From a virus, in the IMG/VR virus record IMGVR_UViG_3300021403_000005: 64,000 nt of DNA; one strand, given 5' to 3'. Below, piece after piece: positions 10,001-18,402 of this stretch. The position numbers and the translations under genes were made by a program. Under the pieces are notes generated by a model. It did no database searches. It had not been told where the DNA came from and worked only from the letters and a program-made list of their open reading frames with translations. Within the stretch, counting starts at the first letter, position 1. Every line of letters begins with the position of its first letter.

Positions 10001-10164
10001 CCAGCGACAAGCTCTCCAGTATAAGGTTGATAGGGCGTGTTGGCGACGTTGGACGCCTGATTGTAGATGTTTTGAAAGCCCTGAAGCCCAGTCGGTGTAT
10101 AGGCGACGTTCTGATTGGTCTGTTGCTGGACCTGAGTGGGCGCCCCGCCCTTCCCTGTACCCAT
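7042..10164 (-). CDS. DNA transfer (pilot/ejection) protein
   Basis: 1040 aa; Q/A/G-rich N-terminus MGTGKGGAPTQVQQQ..YMNPYQSQVI typical of podovirus pilot proteins; repeated GG..[FY]xxGG motifs. Confidence 0.7.
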   Translation of the reverse strand: MGTGKGGAPTQVQQQTNQNVAYTPTGLQGFQNIYNQASNVANTPYQPYTGELVAGVNPTEQAGIAQTQAVGSQPLTSGQIQQYMNPYQSQVINATMGNIEQVNAAQQQQVTGQLNQAAGGVGADRVAVGQSQLAYQQGLAANQTLAGLNAQNYAQGLGAAQQQQQFGLQGAGAQIQAGGLQQQTQQAQDTAQYQQYLQQLAFPYQQAQFLAGIGLPALGGMGGYQTQIGQTGETITPPGLTWPQAIVGGGLIAGGLGNALGSNAAQAPGSVTGFANNTVGAGQTGTGATGGRINPYAVGGHIGHYAIGGSDPGIGSQSGSPDDMPWDANAVNITGGGSSPGQSIQVPGSQIKAMPQPNIQIPQAANSNTQSNPLTGAATAAQLGSAFKGLGNLYTTAQNALVPSPSYGGGTSLTDAYGGSAANPLPGLDASDYSGTAASVTADAPAYSLASAGIDPALSASGAAADAGIGIASDVGAAADVGLGIDAAAGAADVGAAAATDAGAASIADILPFLALAKRGGAVRGYDTGGSPYPIIPQGVMGMAGAADPGEAATAQDDYLQTMHQMQTAPRAQAAGGRLHFDDGGPTPDAYGYSSNPYALNRVRGRVPLQRDANGNPMIQPGKPNFGTLMMPPRLLPAQTPNPEQGSNYLEQMGQMMELANNQKIRQAFGQKRGGGIQHFDEGGADDTLPDVASPDYVGVSDSPGLAFIKAHPGLMQPAQLAPAAAAPATPAPAEAGAPKGAYPTPDVPAPPAAQPTVGTAPPTMPRVRPPVTTPPAPQDPGLARTGLGTRDQDVLNLRNYQSSVPQNPGIISKFQDPATRSDALFRMGANILAAPPGDRLGIRGIGQGIAATEQNFDKQWDSTMSAAEKGRDLGEKMMEDSRRQALEASKLDVERARLEQGKFSATNYIGADGQYHVGIFDPKHGQILDPDTHQPIAVGRLAGRNAGIETPNSIASQAAAAAKNDAAAYQADPIGTTNKYRLQAGLPPLAPANAPQGAGAAPTPTQSSPTKPLPLQDGQKPVHGEYYQTPNGVRQYLGP

Positions 10165-10671
10165 CTAGTGATTCCTGCCGTTCAATTTTGGAGGCATTGC
10201 ATTATACAAGAAGAAGCTGCCAGCCTCAGGTAAATGCCGTCTATAGAGACGTATTTTGGCCGCTGTTCTGACGTTGGATACTATCCCAATACTCAGCGGG
10301 ACATTAACACGATCCGCAAGATTGCGCGCGTAACCTATCAGGGTCTTAGCGTGGTTGGATTTGCGATGGTCTGGATGGACGAAGTTAGCGTATTCCTCAA
10401 GCATTATATCTTCGGAATACCAGTAGGAACTTAGGACCAGAAGTATAAAACCCTCTAGCTCTCCAACCGGACCAATAACACCCATAAACCCGCGTAGCCC
10501 ACCGTCAGTAGGATCAATCCGGTCGTAATCAAGAATGCGATCAAGTAAGTAATCAATCTTGCGCTCCGAGCGCTGAAACATCGCATTCTCGTCGTACAGC
10601 AGATCAAATAGCTTCCAAACCCCATCCCTATCTTCCGGTCCAGCGCGGCGTACAATCGAGGCGCAACTCAT
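10165..10671 (-). CDS. GNAT-family acetyltransferase within the ejection module
   Basis: VRRA.P.D, FILL, E...FVHPDHRKSNHAKTLI (variant of the acetyl-CoA-binding motif A). Confidence 0.75.
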   Translation of the reverse strand: MSCASIVRRAGPEDRDGVWKLFDLLYDENAMFQRSERKIDYLLDRILDYDRIDPTDGGLRGFMGVIGPVGELEGFILLVLSSYWYSEDIMLEEYANFVHPDHRKSNHAKTLIGYARNLADRVNVPLSIGIVSNVRTAAKIRLYRRHLPEAGSFFLYNAMPPKLNGRNH

Positions 10672-13600
10672 CTCTTCTTAGGTCCAGGGAGCTTCTTGAG
10701 GTCTTGAATAAGCTTCTTGCGAACATGTAATACCATGTGGTCGAGAATCTCGTGGCCATGTTTCATATCGCCATGCCCAATTCGCAATACCACCTCGGGT
10801 GGAATTACGGTTTCTCCGCCTGCGGCGACGATAGGTACGGTATTGTGATTGTCCTCATGAACGCCGCCAGCGGCCATGATCCCAGGAGTGCCACGCAGGT
10901 TTAACCTAGGCATCCGTAGGCTGCTCTGAGCGGCGCGACCATAGTTAACCTTGGGTGTGGGGAGCGCCTTGTCGGCTGAACCGTAAGGCCCCATGCTGAA
11001 CATCTTATTGATGATGGCTGACCCAGCCATCGAGTTACCTTGTCCAACCCCAGAAACTACATCTGCGGGCAGTATGTAGGAGCCGCCCTTGACCCCCATA
11101 TTGATCTTGTCGGTTCGGCCAGGAATCGAGGAATGAATCATGCCGACATGCGGGGTCTTGATATTACCAACTCCAGGCATTCCTCCACCTGGAGGGTGGC
11201 CAATGCTGGATCGATAGAATCGTTGGCTAAACTCGTTCAGCTTAGGCTTGATCCCAGGTGCGCTTGGGGCGCCGCCAGGACCGTAACGCCGAAGGGTTTG
11301 GGTAGCCGTATCTGCCTTGGACATGGTGCCTATCCTACCACCTTCTTGCCTAGAAGGATTCTGGTTTTCATCGAGTTGATAGAGAGCGCTTCCGGCGCCA
11401 GCCGTACCCATGACGCCCGCCAGCGGCCAGGGGTTGTGGAGATGTTCTGGCGCGAACTTAGCTTTAGGGCTACGAAGCGTACCTTTCGTATTCAAGAAAA
11501 TGTACTGAGATTGATCTGGTCCACCTGTTTCAGCTTGGTAAAATGGGCTATCACTACCATTATCTCGGATATGATGAACCACAAGGAGGTCGTGGCCGCG
11601 TTCTTTGGCCATACGGATCGCGCGGTCCATCGTTTGGCCAGTATAATGGCCTGCGGTACTGACCTTTCTCCAATCTAACTGTGCTGGATTATCAGCCTTG
11701 CTAATGTAAGTACCACCAAGAGGGCCTGAGTAACCCTTGGCAATCTCAGGGTGGTCAGCGGCAAACCATCCCGGTTCATAGCCCTTATAATTTGGGTCCG
11801 GCAGTTCGCCAGGATAGCCTCCCTTCGGAGAAGAGATGCCAGTCTTGTAGAGAGGAATCTTAAGATTCCAGTTGTTCTGTTTAGCCCACTCTTTGGGATT
11901 GCTAACATGAGTAATGTTGGGAAGTTCTACCTCTGGACTGGGATCAACGTGTTCTGGTTCATATTCTGACCACTTCGGAATTGGCTCGATAGCATTCTTC
12001 ACGAATTGATCTTTTTGAGACTGAGAGTATCCAGTAGCGCCACCACCTTCAGGTGGCTTGGGTTTTACATCCTCACCTTTCTTATAAAGCTCTATAAGAT
12101 TGTCACTAATCTGCTTTTGGGCAGCATTAAAGTCGTCTCCATTAGAAACATGCGGTTCCATATTCTCCAGGACGCTCATTACGTTCTTATAGAACAATTT
12201 TTGATCTGACAGATAATGAGTTGGTGCTGCCGCCTTGTAGGTATCGGTATGGGTCGCAAGGTACTTGCCTTCAGTATCGGGTAGTTTGTCAAACGGAGAG
12301 CTACCTGTGAGTTTCTTTAGAAGCTCGATATTGGAACCAATAGGCTGCTGAGCAGCGTCCGGGAGGCTACGGTAAAGCTGCTCAGCAGTATGTGGATTTA
12401 TCTCATCGGCTACGTGCCATAGCTCCGCAGCAGCATGGAGTGGTGTTTGAGCATTCTCCCATAGACTTTTGGCGGCCTGCTTAGCGTCCCATTTACTTAA
12501 GGTGCCAGCAGCAATCTTATCGAGATATTGTTGACCACCCCACAGCTTGGCTGTCGCCTTAGCTTGCATCTCCGCCAGAATCGTTTGATTGGGAGTCTTA
12601 ACGGGCGGAGGCTCAGGTATCGGAAAATGGTCATCTTCCTGAGCATGAGCGTTGTCGCCGGACTGCCACCACTCGTTGCCCGGCTCATCAGGCTTCCACT
12701 CTTCACCCGGCTCAGGACCGCGCCATGGCTCCAGAGTATGCAGCGCCTCCTTAGTGTTTAAGCCAAGAATATCGCGCTGCACCTGTTGAGGTAGGTGAGA
12801 GAATATGCTGTTGGACATGGCGGGACCGTTATCGCCATAGATAACTTCTATCTGCTTGAGATATTGATTAATTGGCTGCGCGTTCCAACCATGCTTTTCA
12901 ATAACCGCATCAGCTATCTGCTTAGCAATCTGAGTAGGATCATTCTCCTTTGGAAGAATCTGGTTAACCACGCTGTCGCGGCGAGCAACGAGAGTGTTAT
13001 AAAGCTTGGTGGCTTCACCGATATTCGATGGGCCGTACTGGTTAACGAGGTCCCCAATTTGCTCGTTGGAAATAGCTCCAATGCGCCCGGCAGACTCCAT
13101 CATCTTGCCCTTAGGCATTCCACCAAACACTGCGGCAGAACTAGCATTCTTATTGGGGTCTGCCATAGTCTGAAGCTCGGTGACTTCAGGCCCGAAGGCA
13201 CCGGGATTCTTGAGAGCGCCCTGCGCGCGGTAACGCAGCGCACCACCCATGTCTATGCGATTGGCGCCTGCGGTCTTATCGACAATGATGTTATCGTTAT
13301 TTAGCCCCACTACATCCCAATTAGCGAGCCACGCATCGACAGGAAAGTGAGACTGAAGATCGTATATGTTATTATATTCACTAGGATGGTAATCAGGTAG
13401 TAAATTACCTTCAATCTGCTTACTTGCTATCGCGGGCTTACCGTTAAGCTGCGTGAGATAAATCTCTGGCGTTGGCACTCCGGCAGCCTTGTAAAGCTCA
13501 GCGGCAAGCTTCTCATTCTTGGCGTGTTCAAGCGTTGGCGGTGTCTTGATGTAGTAGCGGTCGCCGCTGTCCAAGTCCTCGTACCAGCCGCCAGGATTGC

Positions 13601-14633
13601 TACCCTCCTGCTTGCCAACCTTGGTAAAGTTCTTAACGAGATTAGGATCGAGATCAAAGAACTTGGCCGCCGCTTTCGCCGCTGGCGCTGCTTCCCTTGC
13701 AGCCATCCCCTCTCCCGGCATTGGGAGCATGAACATAGCTGATGTAGCGAAAGCAGCCTGTTCCTCAGGAGTCATCTCGCCGATGCGAGATACATCACCA
13801 ATCCCAGCCATGTCGGCAATGCGTTGCGCCGAGCGTTTCGGATCGGCAACATCCGGATACGGGTTAACCGGCTGGATTGTCTCTCCTGGCTTGGGAACGG
13901 CTTGATTGCCAAGATCGACTGGCGCCGCAGGCTGGTACTGCGCTGGTGCTGCTGGTGCTGGAATCGGTCCAACCTGCGGCACGCCCTGCTGTTTGGGTAC
14001 GGGCCGATCACCGAGATCAACTGGTGGCGCAGGAATGGTTATACGTGGAACGCCATTCGGGCTTGGTAGCGCCCCCCACGCCTTCGATTCATCCTCATCG
14101 TCGGTGCCACCTTCGGCGTATTTCTTAATAGCGCCGCCCCGTCGATTAGAGACCAGTGGATATGATTGATCCTGATGTAGTCTTACATCCAATTCATCTG
14201 CTGTAGGACCACTAGACTTGGGCGGATTTGCGCGAAGAATAGCTAGCGCGGCGGCTGTATTTGATAATCCGAAATCAGTAGCATCAGCTTCAGCGTGTGG
14301 CGCTGGTGGTAATTCTTGAAGTTGTCGATAAGGTGTTAGTGGATGCTGCAACATCCTACCGAATTCTGGTGGTCCCATCTGAAACGTATTCTCGAAGGCT
14401 CTCTGCCAAAGCGGCTTAACTCGATCATCTTCAACATTAGTCGAGGGACGGAAATCGGATGTATCCATTCCGCCTCCGTCAGCACGCTTGGCTCTGCCGC
14501 CGTATTTCTTGCCGTACTCACGGGCAGTGCGATATGCAGCAGCGATGGCTTGTTTTTGAGGATGCCCAGCGTGCATCATCTCGCGAATGTTAGTGGAAAT
14601 TGCCTGACGCGAGCCTGACTTAATTAAGGGCAT
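10668..14633 (-). CDS. Polyvalent internal virion protein with a PI3/4K-HipA-like kinase domain and an ART-PolyVal-like ADP-ribosyltransferase domain
   Basis: Kinase: GSNPGG, YYIK, NEKLA, DAWLANWDVVGLNNDNI, RIDMGG. ART-like: LYKTG, GWFAAD.PEIAKGYS, RGHDLLVV, QYIFL, LRSPKAKF. N- and C-termini match this phage type (MPLIKSGSRQAISTNIREM; GRTD..ILPADVVSGVGQGNSMAG). Confidence 0.7.
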   Translation of the reverse strand: MPLIKSGSRQAISTNIREMMHAGHPQKQAIAAAYRTAREYGKKYGGRAKRADGGGMDTSDFRPSTNVEDDRVKPLWQRAFENTFQMGPPEFGRMLQHPLTPYRQLQELPPAPHAEADATDFGLSNTAAALAILRANPPKSSGPTADELDVRLHQDQSYPLVSNRRGGAIKKYAEGGTDDEDESKAWGALPSPNGVPRITIPAPPVDLGDRPVPKQQGVPQVGPIPAPAAPAQYQPAAPVDLGNQAVPKPGETIQPVNPYPDVADPKRSAQRIADMAGIGDVSRIGEMTPEEQAAFATSAMFMLPMPGEGMAAREAAPAAKAAAKFFDLDPNLVKNFTKVGKQEGSNPGGWYEDLDSGDRYYIKTPPTLEHAKNEKLAAELYKAAGVPTPEIYLTQLNGKPAIASKQIEGNLLPDYHPSEYNNIYDLQSHFPVDAWLANWDVVGLNNDNIIVDKTAGANRIDMGGALRYRAQGALKNPGAFGPEVTELQTMADPNKNASSAAVFGGMPKGKMMESAGRIGAISNEQIGDLVNQYGPSNIGEATKLYNTLVARRDSVVNQILPKENDPTQIAKQIADAVIEKHGWNAQPINQYLKQIEVIYGDNGPAMSNSIFSHLPQQVQRDILGLNTKEALHTLEPWRGPEPGEEWKPDEPGNEWWQSGDNAHAQEDDHFPIPEPPPVKTPNQTILAEMQAKATAKLWGGQQYLDKIAAGTLSKWDAKQAAKSLWENAQTPLHAAAELWHVADEINPHTAEQLYRSLPDAAQQPIGSNIELLKKLTGSSPFDKLPDTEGKYLATHTDTYKAAAPTHYLSDQKLFYKNVMSVLENMEPHVSNGDDFNAAQKQISDNLIELYKKGEDVKPKPPEGGGATGYSQSQKDQFVKNAIEPIPKWSEYEPEHVDPSPEVELPNITHVSNPKEWAKQNNWNLKIPLYKTGISSPKGGYPGELPDPNYKGYEPGWFAADHPEIAKGYSGPLGGTYISKADNPAQLDWRKVSTAGHYTGQTMDRAIRMAKERGHDLLVVHHIRDNGSDSPFYQAETGGPDQSQYIFLNTKGTLRSPKAKFAPEHLHNPWPLAGVMGTAGAGSALYQLDENQNPSRQEGGRIGTMSKADTATQTLRRYGPGGAPSAPGIKPKLNEFSQRFYRSSIGHPPGGGMPGVGNIKTPHVGMIHSSIPGRTDKINMGVKGGSYILPADVVSGVGQGNSMAGSAIINKMFSMGPYGSADKALPTPKVNYGRAAQSSLRMPRLNLRGTPGIMAAGGVHEDNHNTVPIVAAGGETVIPPEVVLRIGHGDMKHGHEILDHMVLHVRKKLIQDLKKLPGPKKR

Positions 14634-14640
14634 CGCTCAC

Positions 14641-14865
14641 CTACGGGTATAAAGCGATGTGGTAGAGATGCCCGGAACTGGTAGTGACCGTTAAAAATGC
14701 TGATGCCTCTGAGCTAGTAAACGTAATGCTCCCAACAGAGGATGGCGCCGTTGTTGAGACTCCAGTAGCCTGCGGAAACGTAACAGAAATCTGCTGCGTT
14801 AGCGTTTGAATCGCTGTCACGCCGTTTTGGAGAGCAGCGAGAATGTCTGCAAGGCTGGTAGCCAT
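14641..14865 (-). CDS. Small structural protein
   Basis: 74 aa; helical N-terminus, S/T-rich, ends with HIALYP. Confidence 0.65.
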   Translation of the reverse strand: MATSLADILAALQNGVTAIQTLTQQISVTFPQATGVSTTAPSSVGSITFTSSEASAFLTVTTSSGHLYHIALYP

Positions 14866-14874
14866 TAGGCGGCC

Positions 14875-14903
14875 TTGACTGCGTTAGGCCGCCATCGCAT
14901 ACT
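14875..14903 (+). promoter_or_regulatory. Sigma70-type promoter for the inverted HNH gene, probably giving a leaderless mRNA
   Basis: TTGACT (14875-80), 17-nt spacer, CATACT (14898-903); ATG 6 nt later at 14910 with no SD sequence. Confidence 0.6.
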
Positions 14904-14909
14904 TCTAGT

Positions 14910-15461
14910 ATGAGAGAGTCGTGGCGGCGTGTAATTCTGAATAGAGAGATTCTGCCTTATGAAGTCTCCAATCAAGGCCAAGTAAGACGGCTGCCTGGAC
15001 CAGACGGCGGCGGTCACACATGGCCACTTATGATAATGAGCCAACATACGCACCGTGCTGGGTACAAGCAGCTTGGACTGAGGTGGGTAAGTCAGCACGG
15101 TAGGAAATCCAAGGTCATCGTAGTTCACAAACTTGTCGCGTTTGCCTTTCTTGAGCCGCCTCCCGGTCAATATGGACGCGGGAAGATAGCCATTAACCAT
15201 AAAAACTCTATAAAGTCCGATAACAGAGCCGAGAATCTTGAGTGGGTTACATATCAACAGAACAGCAATCACGCTATGATTAATGGTCGAATGTCTGTTG
15301 GAGAAAGCAATCCGAATAGCCGATTTACTAATGACGATGTTCTTGAAATCAGACGTAGATTCGATGCGGGAGAAAGCATGAGGTCCCTGGCACGATCTTT
15401 TAATAGCAGCCGATGCCCTATTATGATGATTTGCAAAAGGTTGACTTGGAAACATCTTTAA
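14910..15461 (+). CDS. NUMOD4-HNH homing endonuclease with C-terminal HTH, antisense to the late operon
   Basis: YEVSNQGQVR (NUMOD4), VHKLVAFAF, INHKNSIKSDNRAENLEWVT (HNH), GESNPNSRFTNDDVLEIR. Confidence 0.9.
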   Translation: MRESWRRVILNREILPYEVSNQGQVRRLPGPDGGGHTWPLMIMSQHTHRAGYKQLGLRWVSQHGRKSKVIVVHKLVAFAFLEPPPGQYGRGKIAINHKNSIKSDNRAENLEWVTYQQNSNHAMINGRMSVGESNPNSRFTNDDVLEIRRRFDAGESMRSLARSFNSSRCPIMMICKRLTWKHL

Positions 15462-16354
15462 CCTGCGCGCACAAGCGTTATCCCGCCAACGTAGCCAGGG
15501 GGCAATACTGGGGCCGGTGTAGGAGATGAACTGCCTGCTGTGATATTAGTAACGGCAGTCCCAGTGAAGCCAGTACCGGCGCCGCCGCCAGTAGCGGCCG
15601 TATTCGGTCCTCCCTGTAAACCACTCTGATTCAAAGTGTGAGAATGCCCAGGGTCGGTAATGGGAACTGGCGGCATATTTTGGCTAGTGAGCGCAACACT
15701 CTGCGAGCCGCCCGCAGCGAATAGCGTTGTTCCATCAATACCTCCAGTCGAGGTAATACGACCTGTACCTTGACTAAGATTAAATCGAGTTCGCCCCCGT
15801 GAATCTGGGAGCGTCGTGCCAATAAGATTAGCCAGTGCTGGATAGGTAGCCGAACTAAAAGTCGTACCGTCGCAATTCAGGTAAGGGTTAATCGAGCATC
15901 CAGTTACCCAAGCCGGAACAGACGATCCGGCATATTCCCAGTACGTTCCAATCCGACCAAAATTGCGAAACTTGACGTTCGTACCATCAACAAGAATATC
16001 AAAGGGTTCATACGGGGGGCACGCTATAGTCTGTCCTACACCAGCCCCCACAGTAAGCTGAACGATAAACTGGGATGATCCAGTACAGAGATTCTGAACG
16101 GTATAAAAACCACTGACACCAACTGGAAACTCAATAATGCAACTTCCTGTTAGTGTGCTTTGAAGAGTAAGAAAGACGTTCTGAGACTGGGCGGTGCTAA
16201 GAACCGTGACGCCGTTATTAAGGGTAAGCGTGGTAAAGCCACCGAGAGCCGCATCTAGGATGCTCATATTGCCATTTACAGGCACGTCCCAAGTGCCCAC
16301 AAAGGAGCTATTCGCCGGAAGCGTCAGGGCCTTATTGGTGGTAAAGGTAACCAT
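15458..16354 (-). CDS. Tail fibre or tail-collar domain protein
   Basis: Collar motif P..YLNCDG..FS.ATYPALA.LIG..LPDSRGR, FAAGGSQSVALT..NMP, DPGHSH. Confidence 0.8.
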   Translation of the reverse strand: MVTFTTNKALTLPANSSFVGTWDVPVNGNMSILDAALGGFTTLTLNNGVTVLSTAQSQNVFLTLQSTLTGSCIIEFPVGVSGFYTVQNLCTGSSQFIVQLTVGAGVGQTIACPPYEPFDILVDGTNVKFRNFGRIGTYWEYAGSSVPAWVTGCSINPYLNCDGTTFSSATYPALANLIGTTLPDSRGRTRFNLSQGTGRITSTGGIDGTTLFAAGGSQSVALTSQNMPPVPITDPGHSHTLNQSGLQGGPNTAATGGGAGTGFTGTAVTNITAGSSSPTPAPVLPPGYVGGITLVRAG

Positions 16355-16357
16355 TGC

Positions 16358-18400
16358 TTAGCGCCTTCCTGACACCGCGTACCGGAATCGAATGCGGCCC
16401 AATCGCCAAAACGCCTGATTATTACTCTGGACCTGGACCGACATTAATCGGGCACGCAGCCGCAGATTAATGTATTCTGTAGCCTGAGTCACGGTATAAG
16501 GCCCGTACTGCCGAGGTGTATCGCCGGGATAGTCAGCGCTATAGAAAGTCACATTCACACTGGCGGTATCGGTGCCGTAAGTCCCCCAGATGAAGTCCGG
16601 CAGAATCCAGTCCACGAAGGCCAAATCCTGCCCCTCGGTCAGCGCCCACCAGCCGCTTCTAAAGCTTGGCAGAGTTACGCCGGTAATCTGTACTCCGGTT
16701 TCGTGCTGATAGAGATAACCATTATTATCACAGCCAATAGGCATTCCCAGCGGGGAAATATCTATCCAGGCTGTACGAGCAAGAGAACCGAAATCCCACT
16801 CAAACTCATTGCCCTCGATGTGAACCTTCACATAGGAATCGTTCTCTCCGGCACTCATTGCCGATGGATAGAACCAAGTGACCTCGCTAAAGGCCGAATT
16901 GATCGCACAGCAAACCTTTGTTTGGTTAGCGGCGCTGATGTTCTGGAAGATCGCGTCCCACACCGAACATGGAATCGGCACAACACCATTGGGGCCAACA
17001 GTGTAGAAGTTATTAGTTCCGCACCAATAGGGATTACCAGCCATGATTGCGCAGGCATGAGGGCCTATCCAACCGCAACCGGCGCCAACGCGAGTGAAGT
17101 TAAAGATGACCGTGCCACCTACATACTGCATGATCCAAACATCAACATCAGTCGAGATCAGTCCGTAGGTGGGAGCTTGTAATCCGCCGATGATCTTGGA
17201 CCCAGTAGGCAGATGAAAGCTGCCAGCGGCGGTAGCCGACGTGACTGCCCAGTTGGTATAGTCGGCGCTATCGCTCCAGCGCACAATCAGTTGGTCCTGA
17301 ACGCCAGTCGATTGAACAGACCCATAGCAAACGAGAATCTGTTGCGGTTGGGAGATGAATATTCCATTATTGAAGAATGGTGCTTGCGGAACGACCTGAG
17401 CATTAAATGGCCCACCATCAACGGACCACGCATAAACCGCTCCGCCATAGGGGCACGCCAAAAGAATCTCGCCCCAATTATCCAGTGTCCAGTCGGTAGC
17501 CGTAATCGGAGTACCAGCCGTAGGACCCGTACCAGTGCTGCCAGTGCCAAACCCACCAATGCCAAACGGTCCCGTTCCAAACCCACCACCCTGTACCTGA
17601 GGACCCGGCGTGATGTAGTAAACTGCTTGTACGTTACCGCCATTCATAGTCGATGCAGCGGTAGTGGTTGCTGGATTGGCAGCAGTAATGGTGAAGGTAG
17701 TCGAATCGAGGATGCTGTTGATATAGTAGCGTCCCTGAATCGTTAAACCGCCGACAGATGTTGGTGCAATAAACTGCTCATACAACCCCACAATGGAAAC
17801 GTAATTGTTGTTAGGGATGGCGCCAACAACAACGCCGGAGTTAGCTGAGGTGGTAAAAGTAAGAAGCAGTCCGCTGCTGGTTATAGTCGTTGTAGCAGCG
17901 ACGCTGGATATGATGGTATATTGTCCGCTGCTCGGCACAGTAGCAATCGGATAGGCGCCATTGATGAAGAGATTGCCGATAGCAACTGGGGTGTTGAAGT
18001 ACACCGTATCGTAAATGGATGCCGTGAGGTTCTCATCGGTAACCGTGACCACGAAATTGGCACCACTTCCCGTAGAGCTTGAGATGGAAAAGTTAGGCGC
18101 AAATGTAGAGATGAAAGTCTGCGGTGTAATGTCTCTGATAGAGCCGTTCTTGATAACGACAAGATTCTTGGTGGCTGCCACTGCCAACCAATCATTGAAA
18201 TTGGAATCGACCCAGGCATGAAGCTCTCGAATCGTAGAGCCTATTGCAGTGTTATTGAATAACTGCCAGCCGCCATAGGTCTGAATTAAGCCTTCTTTGT
18301 AGCGGATAAGCTGAGATTGAGAGACACCAGCAGAGTTCAATGTGGCCGTTTGTTGAGTATCTACCCCCGGCTTTAACTGCACAGCCCCCATTGGTGCCAT
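16358..18400 (-). CDS. Tail nozzle / DNA-stabilisation protein (P22 gp10-like)
   Basis: 680 aa beta-rich; TDWTLDNWGEILLA, IVRWSD..DYTNW, AGSFHL..GSKI, FWRLGRIRF; position between adaptor and collar genes. Confidence 0.7.
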   Translation of the reverse strand: MAPMGAVQLKPGVDTQQTATLNSAGVSQSQLIRYKEGLIQTYGGWQLFNNTAIGSTIRELHAWVDSNFNDWLAVAATKNLVVIKNGSIRDITPQTFISTFAPNFSISSSTGSGANFVVTVTDENLTASIYDTVYFNTPVAIGNLFINGAYPIATVPSSGQYTIISSVAATTTITSSGLLLTFTTSANSGVVVGAIPNNNYVSIVGLYEQFIAPTSVGGLTIQGRYYINSILDSTTFTITAANPATTTAASTMNGGNVQAVYYITPGPQVQGGGFGTGPFGIGGFGTGSTGTGPTAGTPITATDWTLDNWGEILLACPYGGAVYAWSVDGGPFNAQVVPQAPFFNNGIFISQPQQILVCYGSVQSTGVQDQLIVRWSDSADYTNWAVTSATAAGSFHLPTGSKIIGGLQAPTYGLISTDVDVWIMQYVGGTVIFNFTRVGAGCGWIGPHACAIMAGNPYWCGTNNFYTVGPNGVVPIPCSVWDAIFQNISAANQTKVCCAINSAFSEVTWFYPSAMSAGENDSYVKVHIEGNEFEWDFGSLARTAWIDISPLGMPIGCDNNGYLYQHETGVQITGVTLPSFRSGWWALTEGQDLAFVDWILPDFIWGTYGTDTASVNVTFYSADYPGDTPRQYGPYTVTQATEYINLRLRARLMSVQVQSNNQAFWRLGRIRFRYAVSGRR

Positions 18401-18402
18401 GA

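Noticed and set aside
3464-14618. Numerous 60-210 aa plus-strand ORFs over the ejection genes
   Set aside because: They are antisense or out-of-frame shadows of long coding genes, with no RBS or recognisable motifs.
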